From positions 1-58,991 of the IMG/VR virus record IMGVR_UViG_3300008263_000034: a stretch of DNA of 58,991 nucleotides; one strand, written 5' to 3'. The stretch comes from a virus. Lineage: Duplodnaviria; Caudoviricetes. This document shows, piece by piece, positions 1 through 7,731 of this stretch (its first letter is position 1; each line of letters begins with the position of its first letter). The notes below the pieces were generated by a model that did no database searches, had not been told where the DNA came from, and worked only from the letters and a program-made list of their open reading frames with translations. The translations under genes were made by a program, and so were the position numbers.

Positions 1-94
1 CTAGTGCTTTGTCCTTCATACAATAAGCGATCATCAACCAGCTCATCTGCACGTCCTCCATCATTTCTTTGTATGCTGATTCAATCTTGTTCAT
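1..94 (-). CDS. 5' part of a small early gene that probably continues across the window ends into 58991..58871
   Basis: ATG at 94 overlaps the stop of 91..456; frame MNKIESAYKEMMEDVQMSWLMIAYCMKDKAL is open to base 1. Confidence 0.55.
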   Translation of the reverse strand, partial: MNKIESAYKEMMEDVQMSWLMIAYCMKDKAL

Positions 95-456
95 AGTTCG
101 TTCTGGTTGGTTGTCCACTTATCAATCGTTTTAAGAAATGCTTCGGCACGTTGGGCTGCGGTGGCGTAAACAGCAAACCTAGTGGGATAAATCGATTCAT
201 AGTCATCAATTCCAAGTGAATGCCTAACTATTCGTACGAGGGTTGAGCAGTATTCCTCAACTTTAGTTATATCCAACATCTTCTCCGCTTCGTGCATTGC
301 GTTGAGGTCGTTGAGGTAGTCTGCAAGCAGAGCATATTGGTTGCCGTTTACTTCATGTAGAGTTCCTATTGTCGCCGCCCAGTTTTCGCTCTCATGGCAA
401 TCTTTCCACCCACAAGCCTCTGCAATCGCTATTCTTTGCTCTTCTTTATTCATCAT
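91..456 (-). CDS. Phage protein, ABA-sandwich-like family, paralog 1
   Basis: EEQRIAIAEACGW...DYLNDLNAMHEAEK...ATAAQRAEAFLKT motifs shared with 1241..1612 and 58549..58881. Confidence 0.7.
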   Translation of the reverse strand: MMNKEEQRIAIAEACGWKDCHESENWAATIGTLHEVNGNQYALLADYLNDLNAMHEAEKMLDITKVEEYCSTLVRIVRHSLGIDDYESIYPTRFAVYATAAQRAEAFLKTIDKWTTNQNEL

Positions 457-464
457 TCTTTCGG

Positions 465-1064
465 TTAATCGTTTTCGTATTCCATCCCTTTGTCGATAAG
501 CTCATCTAGTGCCTCTCGTATGAGTTTGGCGGCTTTATCGTTTGCGGTTTTTGCGTGTAAAATATCCCCTACATCAAGGGCAATTTTAGTTTGAAATACT
601 AGATTTAATGCAGCGTCCAATTTGGACATCGCTCCGACTGGGTTATCAATTTCAATGCTCATTTTTTTAGTTTCGTTTTTGTTTTTAGATATAAATAAAG
701 CAGCCCATCGGCGCACCGATTTGTAAGCTGTTGATCCAAGCTCTAAATCATCACCATTTTCTGCTTTTTCTTCTATTATTTCTGAGATATATTGCAGCGC
801 CTCTTGTCTCTTATCAATCATAACAGACAAACGCATAATGTTATTGGCGTTAGTTTTAGATAAGCTTACAAGGTTAGCTTTTAGTTGTCGGTTTTCTTCT
901 TGTAATTCTTTTACATCATTCCATTTTACCCAATCTCCTTGCGAATCTGGAAATATATCACCCGAATCATATAAATCGAGCGTCCCACCAATTCGCCATT
1001 TGTATCGAGTTGGAAAACAAGACACTGTTTTTAATATCTTTTGATTTTTTGAATCTGTATTCAT
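465..1064 (-). CDS. Hypothetical protein, AT-rich, with a coiled-coil segment
   Basis: 199-aa ORF packed between neighbours; visibly more AT-rich than the genome. Confidence 0.6.
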   Translation of the reverse strand: MNTDSKNQKILKTVSCFPTRYKWRIGGTLDLYDSGDIFPDSQGDWVKWNDVKELQEENRQLKANLVSLSKTNANNIMRLSVMIDKRQEALQYISEIIEEKAENGDDLELGSTAYKSVRRWAALFISKNKNETKKMSIEIDNPVGAMSKLDAALNLVFQTKIALDVGDILHAKTANDKAAKLIREALDELIDKGMEYEND

Positions 1065-1067
1065 AAT

Positions 1068-1253
1068 TTATTCTATATTTGCTGCGATAAATGAAAATGC
1101 GGAAGAAAAAAATATAGTTAAAAACACATAAAATCCAACGTCATCTCCTCTATAATCAAAATTGTAACCACTGCACCATGCAATAAAAGCCGCAGAGCTA
1201 CAAAAAAATATAAATATTATAATTGTAAATAGTATTTTAATCATTGTTTCCAT
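1068..1253 (-). CDS. Small membrane protein (2 TM)
   Basis: Two hydrophobic stretches (ILFTIIIFIFF, VGFYVFLTIFF); likely start METMIK at 1253. Confidence 0.55.
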   Translation of the reverse strand: METMIKILFTIIIFIFFCSSAAFIAWCSGYNFDYRGDDVGFYVFLTIFFSSAFSFIAANIE

Positions 1254-1612
1254 AAATTTAAAGTTTTCAAAAACGCTTCGGCGCGTTGGGCGGCAGTGGC
1301 GGTAATGCACATATCAAAATCCATTTGAGCTTTCTTTACTCCAGCATCTCTGCAAATTGCCGCTTTGATTTGCTGAGTGTATTTTTTGGGGAACTTATCA
1401 TTTGCATAAATGACAAGGGTTTCTGCTTCGTGAATCGCGTTAAGATCTTTGAGGTAGTCGGGAATTTCCCATATAGGAGGAGTGAGTGGCGAACCATCAT
1501 ACGCTTTAGCATTGAGCATTTGAGGGTGAATACCACATAAATAATCAATCACGCCAATTTCTGTCCATCCACAAGCTTCTGCGATAGCTATTCTTTGTTC
1601 TTCTGGTTTCAT
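1241..1612 (-). CDS. Phage protein, ABA-sandwich-like family, paralog 2
   Basis: Start MKPEEQRIAIAEACGW at 1612 (ATGA overlap with upstream gene); PDYLKDLNAIHEAE and ATAAQRAEAFLKT motifs. Confidence 0.7.
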   Translation of the reverse strand: MKPEEQRIAIAEACGWTEIGVIDYLCGIHPQMLNAKAYDGSPLTPPIWEIPDYLKDLNAIHEAETLVIYANDKFPKKYTQQIKAAICRDAGVKKAQMDFDMCITATAAQRAEAFLKTLNLWKQ

Positions 1613-1836
1613 TTTTCGTTCGGGTTGGTTGTTTCCCAAGGCAGTAGCGTTTCGTCTGCTTCGTCTTGGCTGTCGCATGATAGGTTGCGGTATTTCTCAG
1701 CTAATCTACGGGCGGCGTTGAGTTCGCGTTCTAGTTGTCTCGCATGATCGACCATGTAAAAATACTGTGAAAGGTTTTCCCTGTCTTTTCTTAGTTCGTG
1801 AATAACATCCGTTCTCGGCGTTTCTGATTTACTCAT
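1609..1836 (-). CDS. Hypothetical protein (TPRTD...RQLERELN family)
   Basis: Translationally coupled to neighbours; paralog of 1829..2179. Confidence 0.6.
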   Translation of the reverse strand: MSKSETPRTDVIHELRKDRENLSQYFYMVDHARQLERELNAARRLAEKYRNLSCDSQDEADETLLPWETTNPNEK

Positions 1837-2179
1837 GGTCTTTAGTGGTTAGGGATTGGAGGGCATCACGTAATGCCCATGCTTTGACGTTTGCATCACT
1901 ATGTCTAGCTGCTCCAATAGGGCGCATATCGGGAACATATGGAAGGTATTGCTTGACTGCCTCCGCCAGCCTGTCCCGCTGCTCGGTGACTCTAGTCAGT
2001 TGATCGCTTGCGTAATCGATGCCCGATCGTAATCCGTCCCGCTGCTCGGTGACGGCGGTTAGCTCGCGTTCTAAGGTTCGGCAAGCAGTGAAAGCAAGCG
2101 CAACTTCTTCGTCGTGTTCCACATTATACGAAAGCTCTTGTATTGCATCAGTCCTCGGTGTCGGTGTCGTTGTGTTCAT
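1829..2179 (-). CDS. Hypothetical coiled-coil protein (TPRTD...RTLERELT family)
   Basis: Likely start MNTTTPTPRTD at 2179 after an AC-rich leader; internal VTEQRD repeat. Confidence 0.6.
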   Translation of the reverse strand: MNTTTPTPRTDAIQELSYNVEHDEEVALAFTACRTLERELTAVTEQRDGLRSGIDYASDQLTRVTEQRDRLAEAVKQYLPYVPDMRPIGAARHSDANVKAWALRDALQSLTTKDHE

Positions 2180-2383
2180 GGTTCTGTTGGTTGGTTGGTT
2201 GGTTGAAAAGTTGGATGGTTCATGGTTCAAGGTACAGGGTTCATGTGCAAGTCATAAAGTAAATTTGCAACGATAACCAATATGCCTGTAACAGGAAAGG
2301 TCAGCAAAGCAAATGCCATGATACTTAGTATTGAATCAAAAATTTTCATACTCATGGGGTCGAATAGTTTCATGGTTCAGTAT

Positions 2384-2737
2384 TTAGGGGAATTTATATA
2401 CGGCTTCAGCTTGCTTGAGTAATGACTCCGCCTCAGCGGCGACAGCCTCGACTGTCCACTGCTCGGCTGTGTCATACAGGTGGCAGGTATCAAAGCCGAT
2501 GACCCAACGGTCATTCTCCATGTTGGCGTAGGTGAGTCCGCCGTGTACGTCTATGTCAGGCAGGTCGTCGTAGTCTTTACCACACCAAGGATGGTCTGAA
2601 GGTAGAGAGACGTAGCCGTTGTAGACTCCAGTGCTCCCGACGTATGAGGCGAGGAAGCCGTCTAGTTTAGAGCCGTTGATCTTCATCAGGGATGAGGAGG
2701 TGCGGCGTAGTATAATGTATGGTGGTGCTAGTTTCAT
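2384..2737 (-). CDS. Conserved phage hypothetical protein
   Basis: NGYV..P..HPW...DVHGGLTY...W.IGFD..H motif, common in phage early genes. Confidence 0.65.
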   Translation of the reverse strand: MKLAPPYIILRRTSSSLMKINGSKLDGFLASYVGSTGVYNGYVSLPSDHPWCGKDYDDLPDIDVHGGLTYANMENDRWVIGFDTCHLYDTAEQWTVEAVAAEAESLLKQAEAVYKFP

Positions 2738-2745
2738 ATTTGTAT

Positions 2746-2958
2746 TCAGGTTACAGGGTTCAGGTTACAGGGTTCATTTGTGGTGGTTTCCCATAGCTGG
2801 TCAAGTTCCATTTCATGGGGTTGTAGATTCCACCGTGCGGCATAGAGCTTTTCATTCAGCTTGCACACGATGATGTTGTTATGGGCGGAGGCATTAGGAC
2901 TCTTGTCCAGTGCCTCACGGATATGTTGTGGGATTACTACTGAGGTGTTTGCTCTCAT
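2746..2958 (-). CDS. Hypothetical protein
   Basis: Likely start MRANTS overlapping the stop of 2955..3206. Confidence 0.45.
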   Translation of the reverse strand: MRANTSVVIPQHIREALDKSPNASAHNNIIVCKLNEKLYAARWNLQPHEMELDQLWETTTNEPCNLNPVT

Positions 2959-3206
2959 GGTGTTTCTCCTTTCGTTTCCTCTTCCATTACTTGGTCGAGA
3001 TAGTAGTTGAGCACGTCCCAATTCAACCCAATGCTCGCGTCCTTTCGGTGCTCCATGCGGTGGAGAACTTCTTCCGCTTGGCTTCGGGTAATTGCTCCGT
3101 GATTATTGCTTGATCCCATCACATCGTCCACCATCCAAAGATCGTAGGCGATAATTTCGTTTGGATTGTAGTGCTCCAAGTGCTTTATCAGTTGTGCGAT
3201 TGTCAT
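2955..3206 (-). CDS. Hypothetical protein
   Basis: 83 aa, preceded by an AAACAAATAAACAT leader. Confidence 0.6.
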   Translation of the reverse strand: MTIAQLIKHLEHYNPNEIIAYDLWMVDDVMGSSNNHGAITRSQAEEVLHRMEHRKDASIGLNWDVLNYYLDQVMEEETKGETP

Positions 3207-3265
3207 ATGTTTATTTGTTTATTTGTTTATTTGTTTTGTGTTGTTGTTCAATGAGAAGGTATGAA

Positions 3266-4390
3266 TTAGAACTCATTTTGGTAGGCTCCGGTGTCATCCA
3301 TGTGGGTGTGGCTACGCTCATCGGGAATCATGTAAATCCAAGCGGTGAGTGTCGATCCCTTGTCCATCTTGATGGTAAGGGCGGTGCGAACATACCAATC
3401 GGGATGTCCTTCCAGTATGTCAAGTTTACGTAGTTCCTCTGTCGTCACTCGATAGACTTCTACCTTGACATGATGCCCCTTGCCAGCACGATCAATCAGA
3501 TACGGGATACCGGATACAACCATCGGATACTTCGTGAAGGTCTCGCCTGTTCCTAAGAACTTAGCTTTGTTCATCAGTCTGTCGTGGTTGCCATGCCCAC
3601 TCTTGAGTGTGCCGTAGACAGCAACCACATGGCTGTCGCCTGTCGGTATCTCGTTGACATACTTCTCTTCCATTCCGGTGTAGTAGTCATCCCACTCCGA
3701 TTCGTAGTTATGGTATATGTCGCTTCCGTCGAACAGGTCAGCGTTGCCGTTACCCCACGGATCATTCCATGATTCAGTCAACTCGTCTACGCTTGACCAG
3801 TCGTGCTTTGTAGGAGGCGAATAGCTACGCCAAGGTGCAACAGTTGTCGGCGTTGTCTTCGGGGTGTAAGGCGAGAACCCACGCACTACCTTAGATGGTT
3901 GGGGTATTGCATTACTCTTGCTGAAGTGCACGCCCTTGTGCTCCACCCAAAGGTCGCGATTTACCATGATGGCCTGACCACTCTTGCGATTGAGTAGTGC
4001 GAAGCGACATGAGTAGGTGCGGAGGATGGAGAGGATGCGTTCCTCATCTAGTCCTGACAGGATCTTGCATAGCTCCTGAGTATCTACCGACTTGGCGGAG
4101 ACGAGGCGTTCGATCGTGCCGTTCATCATCAGCGAATAGGTTCCGTCAATGTGGAATGGATGGCACTGCTTCTTACCGATCTTGCCGCTAGTCGAGTAGC
4201 GGAAGTGGCACGTGTAGCCTCGGTCGATGTTGGTCATGATGTCCCATACCCGTTGCTCGGACATGGTGCGGACGATCTCTCCGGTGTCATGGTAGAAGAT
4301 GCCGAAGCCGTCTTGGTTCTGTTGTAAGGCGTTGTCAATGATCTCGTCAGAGACTACGCGGCATAGTGGGTTGTGTATAATTAAGCACAT
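3266..4390 (-). CDS. Class II glutamine amidotransferase fused to a gamma-glutamylcyclotransferase (AIG2-like) domain
   Basis: N-terminal Met-Cys, NQDGFG, HFRYSTSG, HPF and MNG (Ntn GATase motifs); C-terminal VAVYGTLKSG..NH, LD.LEG..WY.R and AWIY (GGCT motifs). Confidence 0.85.
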   Translation of the reverse strand: MCLIIHNPLCRVVSDEIIDNALQQNQDGFGIFYHDTGEIVRTMSEQRVWDIMTNIDRGYTCHFRYSTSGKIGKKQCHPFHIDGTYSLMMNGTIERLVSAKSVDTQELCKILSGLDEERILSILRTYSCRFALLNRKSGQAIMVNRDLWVEHKGVHFSKSNAIPQPSKVVRGFSPYTPKTTPTTVAPWRSYSPPTKHDWSSVDELTESWNDPWGNGNADLFDGSDIYHNYESEWDDYYTGMEEKYVNEIPTGDSHVVAVYGTLKSGHGNHDRLMNKAKFLGTGETFTKYPMVVSGIPYLIDRAGKGHHVKVEVYRVTTEELRKLDILEGHPDWYVRTALTIKMDKGSTLTAWIYMIPDERSHTHMDDTGAYQNEF

Positions 4391-4423
4391 AGTATTATTT
4401 ATTTTGTATTGTTTTAGGTTAGA

Positions 4424-5707
4424 CTATCGGGTGTATTCGGTGATGTCGGGATGAACTATTCCATCCAACATCCAGATGCGGAAGTGGCGGGCTAGTCGCA
4501 ACGCCTTGGCGTAACGCTTGCGGTCGCCGTTGTATGCTTCCTTCAGTAGTATGCTGCGACTCTCGCGGACGAAGCGATTGAAAGTCCAGCACTCTTCCAT
4601 AGCACGGCAGGTGACGGCAATCAGACTAGCACGGCGGAGTAGATGCTTAGCATTGAGGACACGGCTTGGCAAGCGTAGCTCAATACCGAAAGACTTACAA
4701 CGGACAGGACTATACTTGATTCCCCTATCCTCAATCTTCTTGTCCTCACGGCAGTAGGTATTGTTGAGTCGCTTACGGAAGAGTGCATACCATAGCGGGG
4801 CATACACTCTGAAAGCGGCGAGTGTTTCGCGGGGTGTTTTTCCTTGCCAACTGATGTTGATGTGGCCACCACAAGAACTGTCGCAAGGCTCAGCAAGGAC
4901 ATCATTTGCACCACTCACGTGTCGCTTGAACATTGCCATGACGTTGGGGTCAAGCAAGTCGTAACAGTTTGTCACACCTTCGACTCCACACGAGCCGTCA
5001 CGCTCCCATCCTGCGATGAGATCATACTCCCCGATTCCTGCACCTTCAGAGCAGTAACCGAAGATGGTGTTCTTCTCAATCTCGAACCCGATGAGGAACG
5101 GGGATTGTCCACGATACTTCACCTCGTCCGGTGAGCTATGATACCCACATATAACCCCTCTGCCTATCTCTGGAGGACTGCAATGTTCGCAGTCGCCTTC
5201 GTCCTCGTGCACCCATTGGTTAACCTCATCACAGTGGTGGCATTCATCGACAGGCCAGTATTCTCCATCATCTTCACAATACACATAGTCGTCATCGCCT
5301 TCGACAAAGGTTGTGCCGTGTCCGTCTGTGCGGAGCGACTCGTCCTCGTTATGGTAGTGACCCCAGCCATGCACGTAGACGGTGTCGCAAGCGAGATGGT
5401 ATTCCTCGTCCTCGCAGTAAACACACACCGAGTCGTAGTAATATCCATCACTTGATTCTACCCAGTGGACATTGCCGTCCTCTTCTGCCATCTCCAACTG
5501 GTCGGGAGTGTAGTAATCACAAGTGTTGCGGTAGGCACTCGTTCCTACGCGAGTGCACTCTGCCCGCTCCGCTGTCGAGCCGTCCACCGTAGTGACGGGA
5601 TCAACATAGGTTAGGGTCAGGCGTGGTTGACTCGCTTCCTCAAGGATGAGGGCGAACACATTGTCATCTGTATTTGTATTTGTATTTGTATTTGTATTTG
5701 TATCCAT
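4424..5707 (-). CDS. Putative amidoligase (COOH-NH2 ligase superfamily) with an acidic Cys/His-rich N-terminus
   Basis: IGFEIE, RDGS..VE, CGGHINIS, KY and IELRL motifs; adjacent to the GATase-GGCT gene. Confidence 0.8.
   Translation of the reverse strand: MDTNTNTNTNTNTDDNVFALILEEASQPRLTLTYVDPVTTVDGSTAERAECTRVGTSAYRNTCDYYTPDQLEMAEEDGNVHWVESSDGYYYDSVCVYCEDEEYHLACDTVYVHGWGHYHNEDESLRTDGHGTTFVEGDDDYVYCEDDGEYWPVDECHHCDEVNQWVHEDEGDCEHCSPPEIGRGVICGYHSSPDEVKYRGQSPFLIGFEIEKNTIFGYCSEGAGIGEYDLIAGWERDGSCGVEGVTNCYDLLDPNVMAMFKRHVSGANDVLAEPCDSSCGGHINISWQGKTPRETLAAFRVYAPLWYALFRKRLNNTYCREDKKIEDRGIKYSPVRCKSFGIELRLPSRVLNAKHLLRRASLIAVTCRAMEECWTFNRFVRESRSILLKEAYNGDRKRYAKALRLARHFRIWMLDGIVHPDITEYTR
5669..5703. repeat. 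TGTATT hexamer microsatellite (~6 units) encoding a TN repeat
   Basis: Directly visible tandem repeat at the amidoligase 5' end. Confidence 0.9.
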
Positions 5708-5716
5708 TTGTTTTAG

Positions 5717-5780
5717 TGCGGGTTATGAACCGCTTGCTACTCTTATTCAGCTAACCGAATAAGAGCAGACAGCGAATCAC
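5717..5780 (-). repeat. Intergenic structured repeat, copy 1 (long hairpin plus ATAACCCGCA tail)
   Basis: Minus strand GATTCGCTGTCTGCTCTTATTCGG-TTAG-CTGAATAAGAGTAGCAAGCGGTTC ATAACCCGCA; near-identical to copies at 6309 and 6814. Confidence 0.9.
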
Positions 5781-5797
5781 GATACAGGGTTCAGGGT

Positions 5798-6277
5798 TCA
5801 CTTATTCTTGATGCAGTCTTGGACTTCTGCCCATGTGAGTCCGTAGTAGAACATGGCGTCGTCGTTGTCCTCATCAATGTCATCGTATTGACTGACGAGT
5901 AAGCCTTCGACCTCTTCCCCATCTTCCCATCGGATGTCGATCTCGATGAGAGGTAACAAGGGGCGGGCATTGATCTTTGGAAACTCTGAGCTTGATCCGA
6001 GGACGAGCCAGTTGACTGCGTCCTTTATCATCTCAATACCGAGAGTGGTGCATCCTTCCCACTCCTTGCGGTAGCACTTTCCTGCTCCGAGTTCTTCCCA
6101 GTCTTCTTCGGTCAGCACGATGGGTGCTGGTGTTGGTTGTGCCAAGCGGTCAAGCCTGTTCTGGTAGTATTCTGTGAAGATGTTTGCGGTATCTTCCAGA
6201 TTGATGGTCGCCACTCCGCCATCTGGCAGGATAATGGTGACCTCGGTCGGTGTCATTTGTAATGTGAATTGAATCAT
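5798..6277 (-). CDS. Hypothetical acidic early protein
   Basis: 159-aa ORF flanked by repeat copies 1 and 2. Confidence 0.65.
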   Translation of the reverse strand: MIQFTLQMTPTEVTIILPDGGVATINLEDTANIFTEYYQNRLDRLAQPTPAPIVLTEEDWEELGAGKCYRKEWEGCTTLGIEMIKDAVNWLVLGSSSEFPKINARPLLPLIEIDIRWEDGEEVEGLLVSQYDDIDEDNDDAMFYYGLTWAEVQDCIKNK

Positions 6278-6308
6278 GTTTTTGGTTTCTTTCTTATTGT
6301 TTGTTTAG

Positions 6309-6372
6309 TGCGGGTTATGAACCGCTTGCTGACCTTATTCGGTTGACCGAATAAGATCAGACAGCGAATCAC
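6309..6372 (-). repeat. Intergenic structured repeat, copy 2
   Basis: Stem CTGATCTTATTCGG-TCAA-CCGAATAAGGTCAG with compensatory changes relative to copy 1. Confidence 0.9.
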
Positions 6373-6424
6373 TACTTGTCTTTGGTTGAGTTATTCCATG
6401 CCTCAATGACATAGATGATCGAGC

Positions 6425-6571
6425 TCATGGTTTCTCTACCTTTCTCCACATCACGATGTCCCGATACAAGACAGGCGTGGGGTTGGATAGTTTATGCAAC
6501 GCCCCTTTCGAGGCGAGGTATGCAATGGCGGCGTCAACTGATGCCGTGCTGGCGGTTGCGTCAATGTTCAT
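6425..6571 (-). CDS. Small hypothetical protein
   Basis: Likely start MNIDAT at 6571, ATGA-coupled to 6568..6804. Confidence 0.45.
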   Translation of the reverse strand: MNIDATASTASVDAAIAYLASKGALHKLSNPTPVLYRDIVMWRKVEKP

Positions 6572-6804
6572 GGCAGCACCTCCATGCTGGCGTTGGCGAG
6601 GGCGACCGCAACGGATACGCCGAACGTATGGCGAGGCGAGCCCACCATCACTGTATCCTTCTGCTGGTTGACAGCAATCGCTTGCCAGCAACCATTGACG
6701 AAGCCCATATCCTTAATGCCTTTCGGCTTCGCGATTGGGCGGTGTGTGGATTCCTCCATGAGCCCAAAGAATCGGGCGTGCTCTTGTGTTCTTCTTGTTT
6801 TCAT
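6568..6804 (-). CDS. Small hypothetical early protein
   Basis: ATG 10 nt downstream of repeat copy 3. Confidence 0.55.
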   Translation of the reverse strand: MKTRRTQEHARFFGLMEESTHRPIAKPKGIKDMGFVNGCWQAIAVNQQKDTVMVGSPRHTFGVSVAVALANASMEVLP

Positions 6805-6813
6805 TTGTATTGA

Positions 6814-6876
6814 TGCGGGTTATGAACCGCTTGCTACTCTTATTCGGTTAGCCGAATAAGAGCAGACAGCGAATCA
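6814..6876 (-). repeat. Intergenic structured repeat, copy 3
   Basis: Same 63-nt element with loop CTAA; begins in the TGA stop of the upstream ORF. Confidence 0.9.
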
Positions 6877-6990
6877 TCTTGTGAGGTTGTGCAGCAGCAC
6901 AACAAAGAGGACTGCTAACAACCCGAAGAGGGCGGATAGGATGATGCCTAACCAAACGGGCGGTTCAGGTGGTAATGGAATGTTCATGAT
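6874..6990 (-). CDS. Small single-TM membrane protein
   Basis: MNIPLPPEPPVWLGIILSALFGLLAVLFVVLL; start approximate. Confidence 0.5.
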   Translation of the reverse strand: MMNIPLPPEPPVWLGIILSALFGLLAVLFVVLLHNLTR

Positions 6991-7004
6991 GTTTGTATGG
7001 TGAT

Positions 7005-7070
7005 TCCTGTATCCTGTAAGGGTTGGACTTACAGGATACAGGATTCTTATTCGGTTGACGGAATAAGGAT
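7005..7070. repeat. Perfect 16-bp inverted repeat followed by a truncated core of the early hairpin repeat
   Basis: TCCTGTATCCTGTAAG-N7-CTTACAGGATACAGGA, then TTCTTATTC-GGTTGACG-GAATAAGGA. Confidence 0.85.
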
Positions 7071-7075
7071 ACAGG

Positions 7076-7444
7076 TTACAGGGCGGCAAGCATCTTCATG
7101 AAGCGTTTGCGTTCCTTGAGCGACATTGCTTTGACGACAGCGATTCCCGCTTCCGCTGTGCCTTTGGCAGGCTTAGTTGACTTGCGTCCACCACCTGTTG
7201 CTCTAGCACGGAAGCCAGCATCAACGCAAACTTCCATTGCCCAACGGCGATCGTATTTGTTCTTCACCGCAAACTCCACAAAGCCTTTGCGGAAGGCGAG
7301 GGGGTTGCTCTTATCTGTCTTCTCCCACAATGCGAGAAGAGCATCCATCAGTGTAACCTCCGCCTTATGCACCGCTTTCATCAGCGGGAGAAGAGAAGAG
7401 AAGTTGATGGATACGTTTTGTTTCTTATTCGTTTTGGTTTTCAT
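7076..7444 (-). CDS. Basic hypothetical protein, probably the first early gene
   Basis: 122 aa, Lys-rich, with an A-rich leader. Confidence 0.7.
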   Translation of the reverse strand: MKTKTNKKQNVSINFSSLLPLMKAVHKAEVTLMDALLALWEKTDKSNPLAFRKGFVEFAVKNKYDRRWAMEVCVDAGFRARATGGGRKSTKPAKGTAEAGIAVVKAMSLKERKRFMKMLAAL

Positions 7445-7486
7445 ATTCTGTTTTTACTTTCTGTTTTTGTTTTAAGAAGGGGAGGC

Positions 7487-7510
7487 TCTTATTCGGTTGA
7501 CTGAATAAGA
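7487..7510. repeat. Core of the early hairpin repeat upstream of the first early gene
   Basis: TCTTATTCGG-TTGA-CTGAATAAGA. Confidence 0.8.
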
Positions 7511-7571
7511 AGGATACCATCCCCTTACATAAGTATGGGAATAGACCCCTACAACATAGACCTACCTGCAT

Positions 7572-7622
7572 CCTGTATCCTGTAGCCTACACACATACAA
7601 TATACAGGTTTCAGGATACAGG
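7572..7622. repeat. Inverted repeat CCTGTATCCTG / CAGGATACAGG at the strand-divergence point
   Basis: Directly visible 11-bp arms. Confidence 0.75.
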
Positions 7623-7695
7623 CTACGGGTGGGGTGTGCGTTTTTTGTGCGGCACGGGTACCGATAGGTACACCCTTGAGAAAAAATAATTTTAC

Positions 7696-7724
7696 TTGAC
7701 AATGTAGGTAGTCAGCAGCACATT
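7696..7724 (+). promoter_or_regulatory. Sigma70-like promoter for a leaderless transcript
   Basis: TTGACA-17-CACATT with an A-rich UP region; ATG at 7732 lies 7 nt past the -10. Confidence 0.55.
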
Positions 7725-7731
7725 TTTGAAC

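Noticed and set aside
91-1612. Diversity-generating retroelement behind the paralog variation
   Set aside because: No reverse transcriptase, and the differences are not adenine-specific
6372-6428. 18-aa mini-ORF MSSIIYVIEAWNNSTKDK ending at repeat copy 2
   Set aside because: ATGA-coupled and plausible as a truncated cassette remnant, but too short to support as a gene
5717-7510. CRISPR array or integron attC array
   Set aside because: Spacing is irregular (hundreds of nt) and contains genes; no cas operon or tyrosine integrase is visible; the wobble pattern favours an RNA structure
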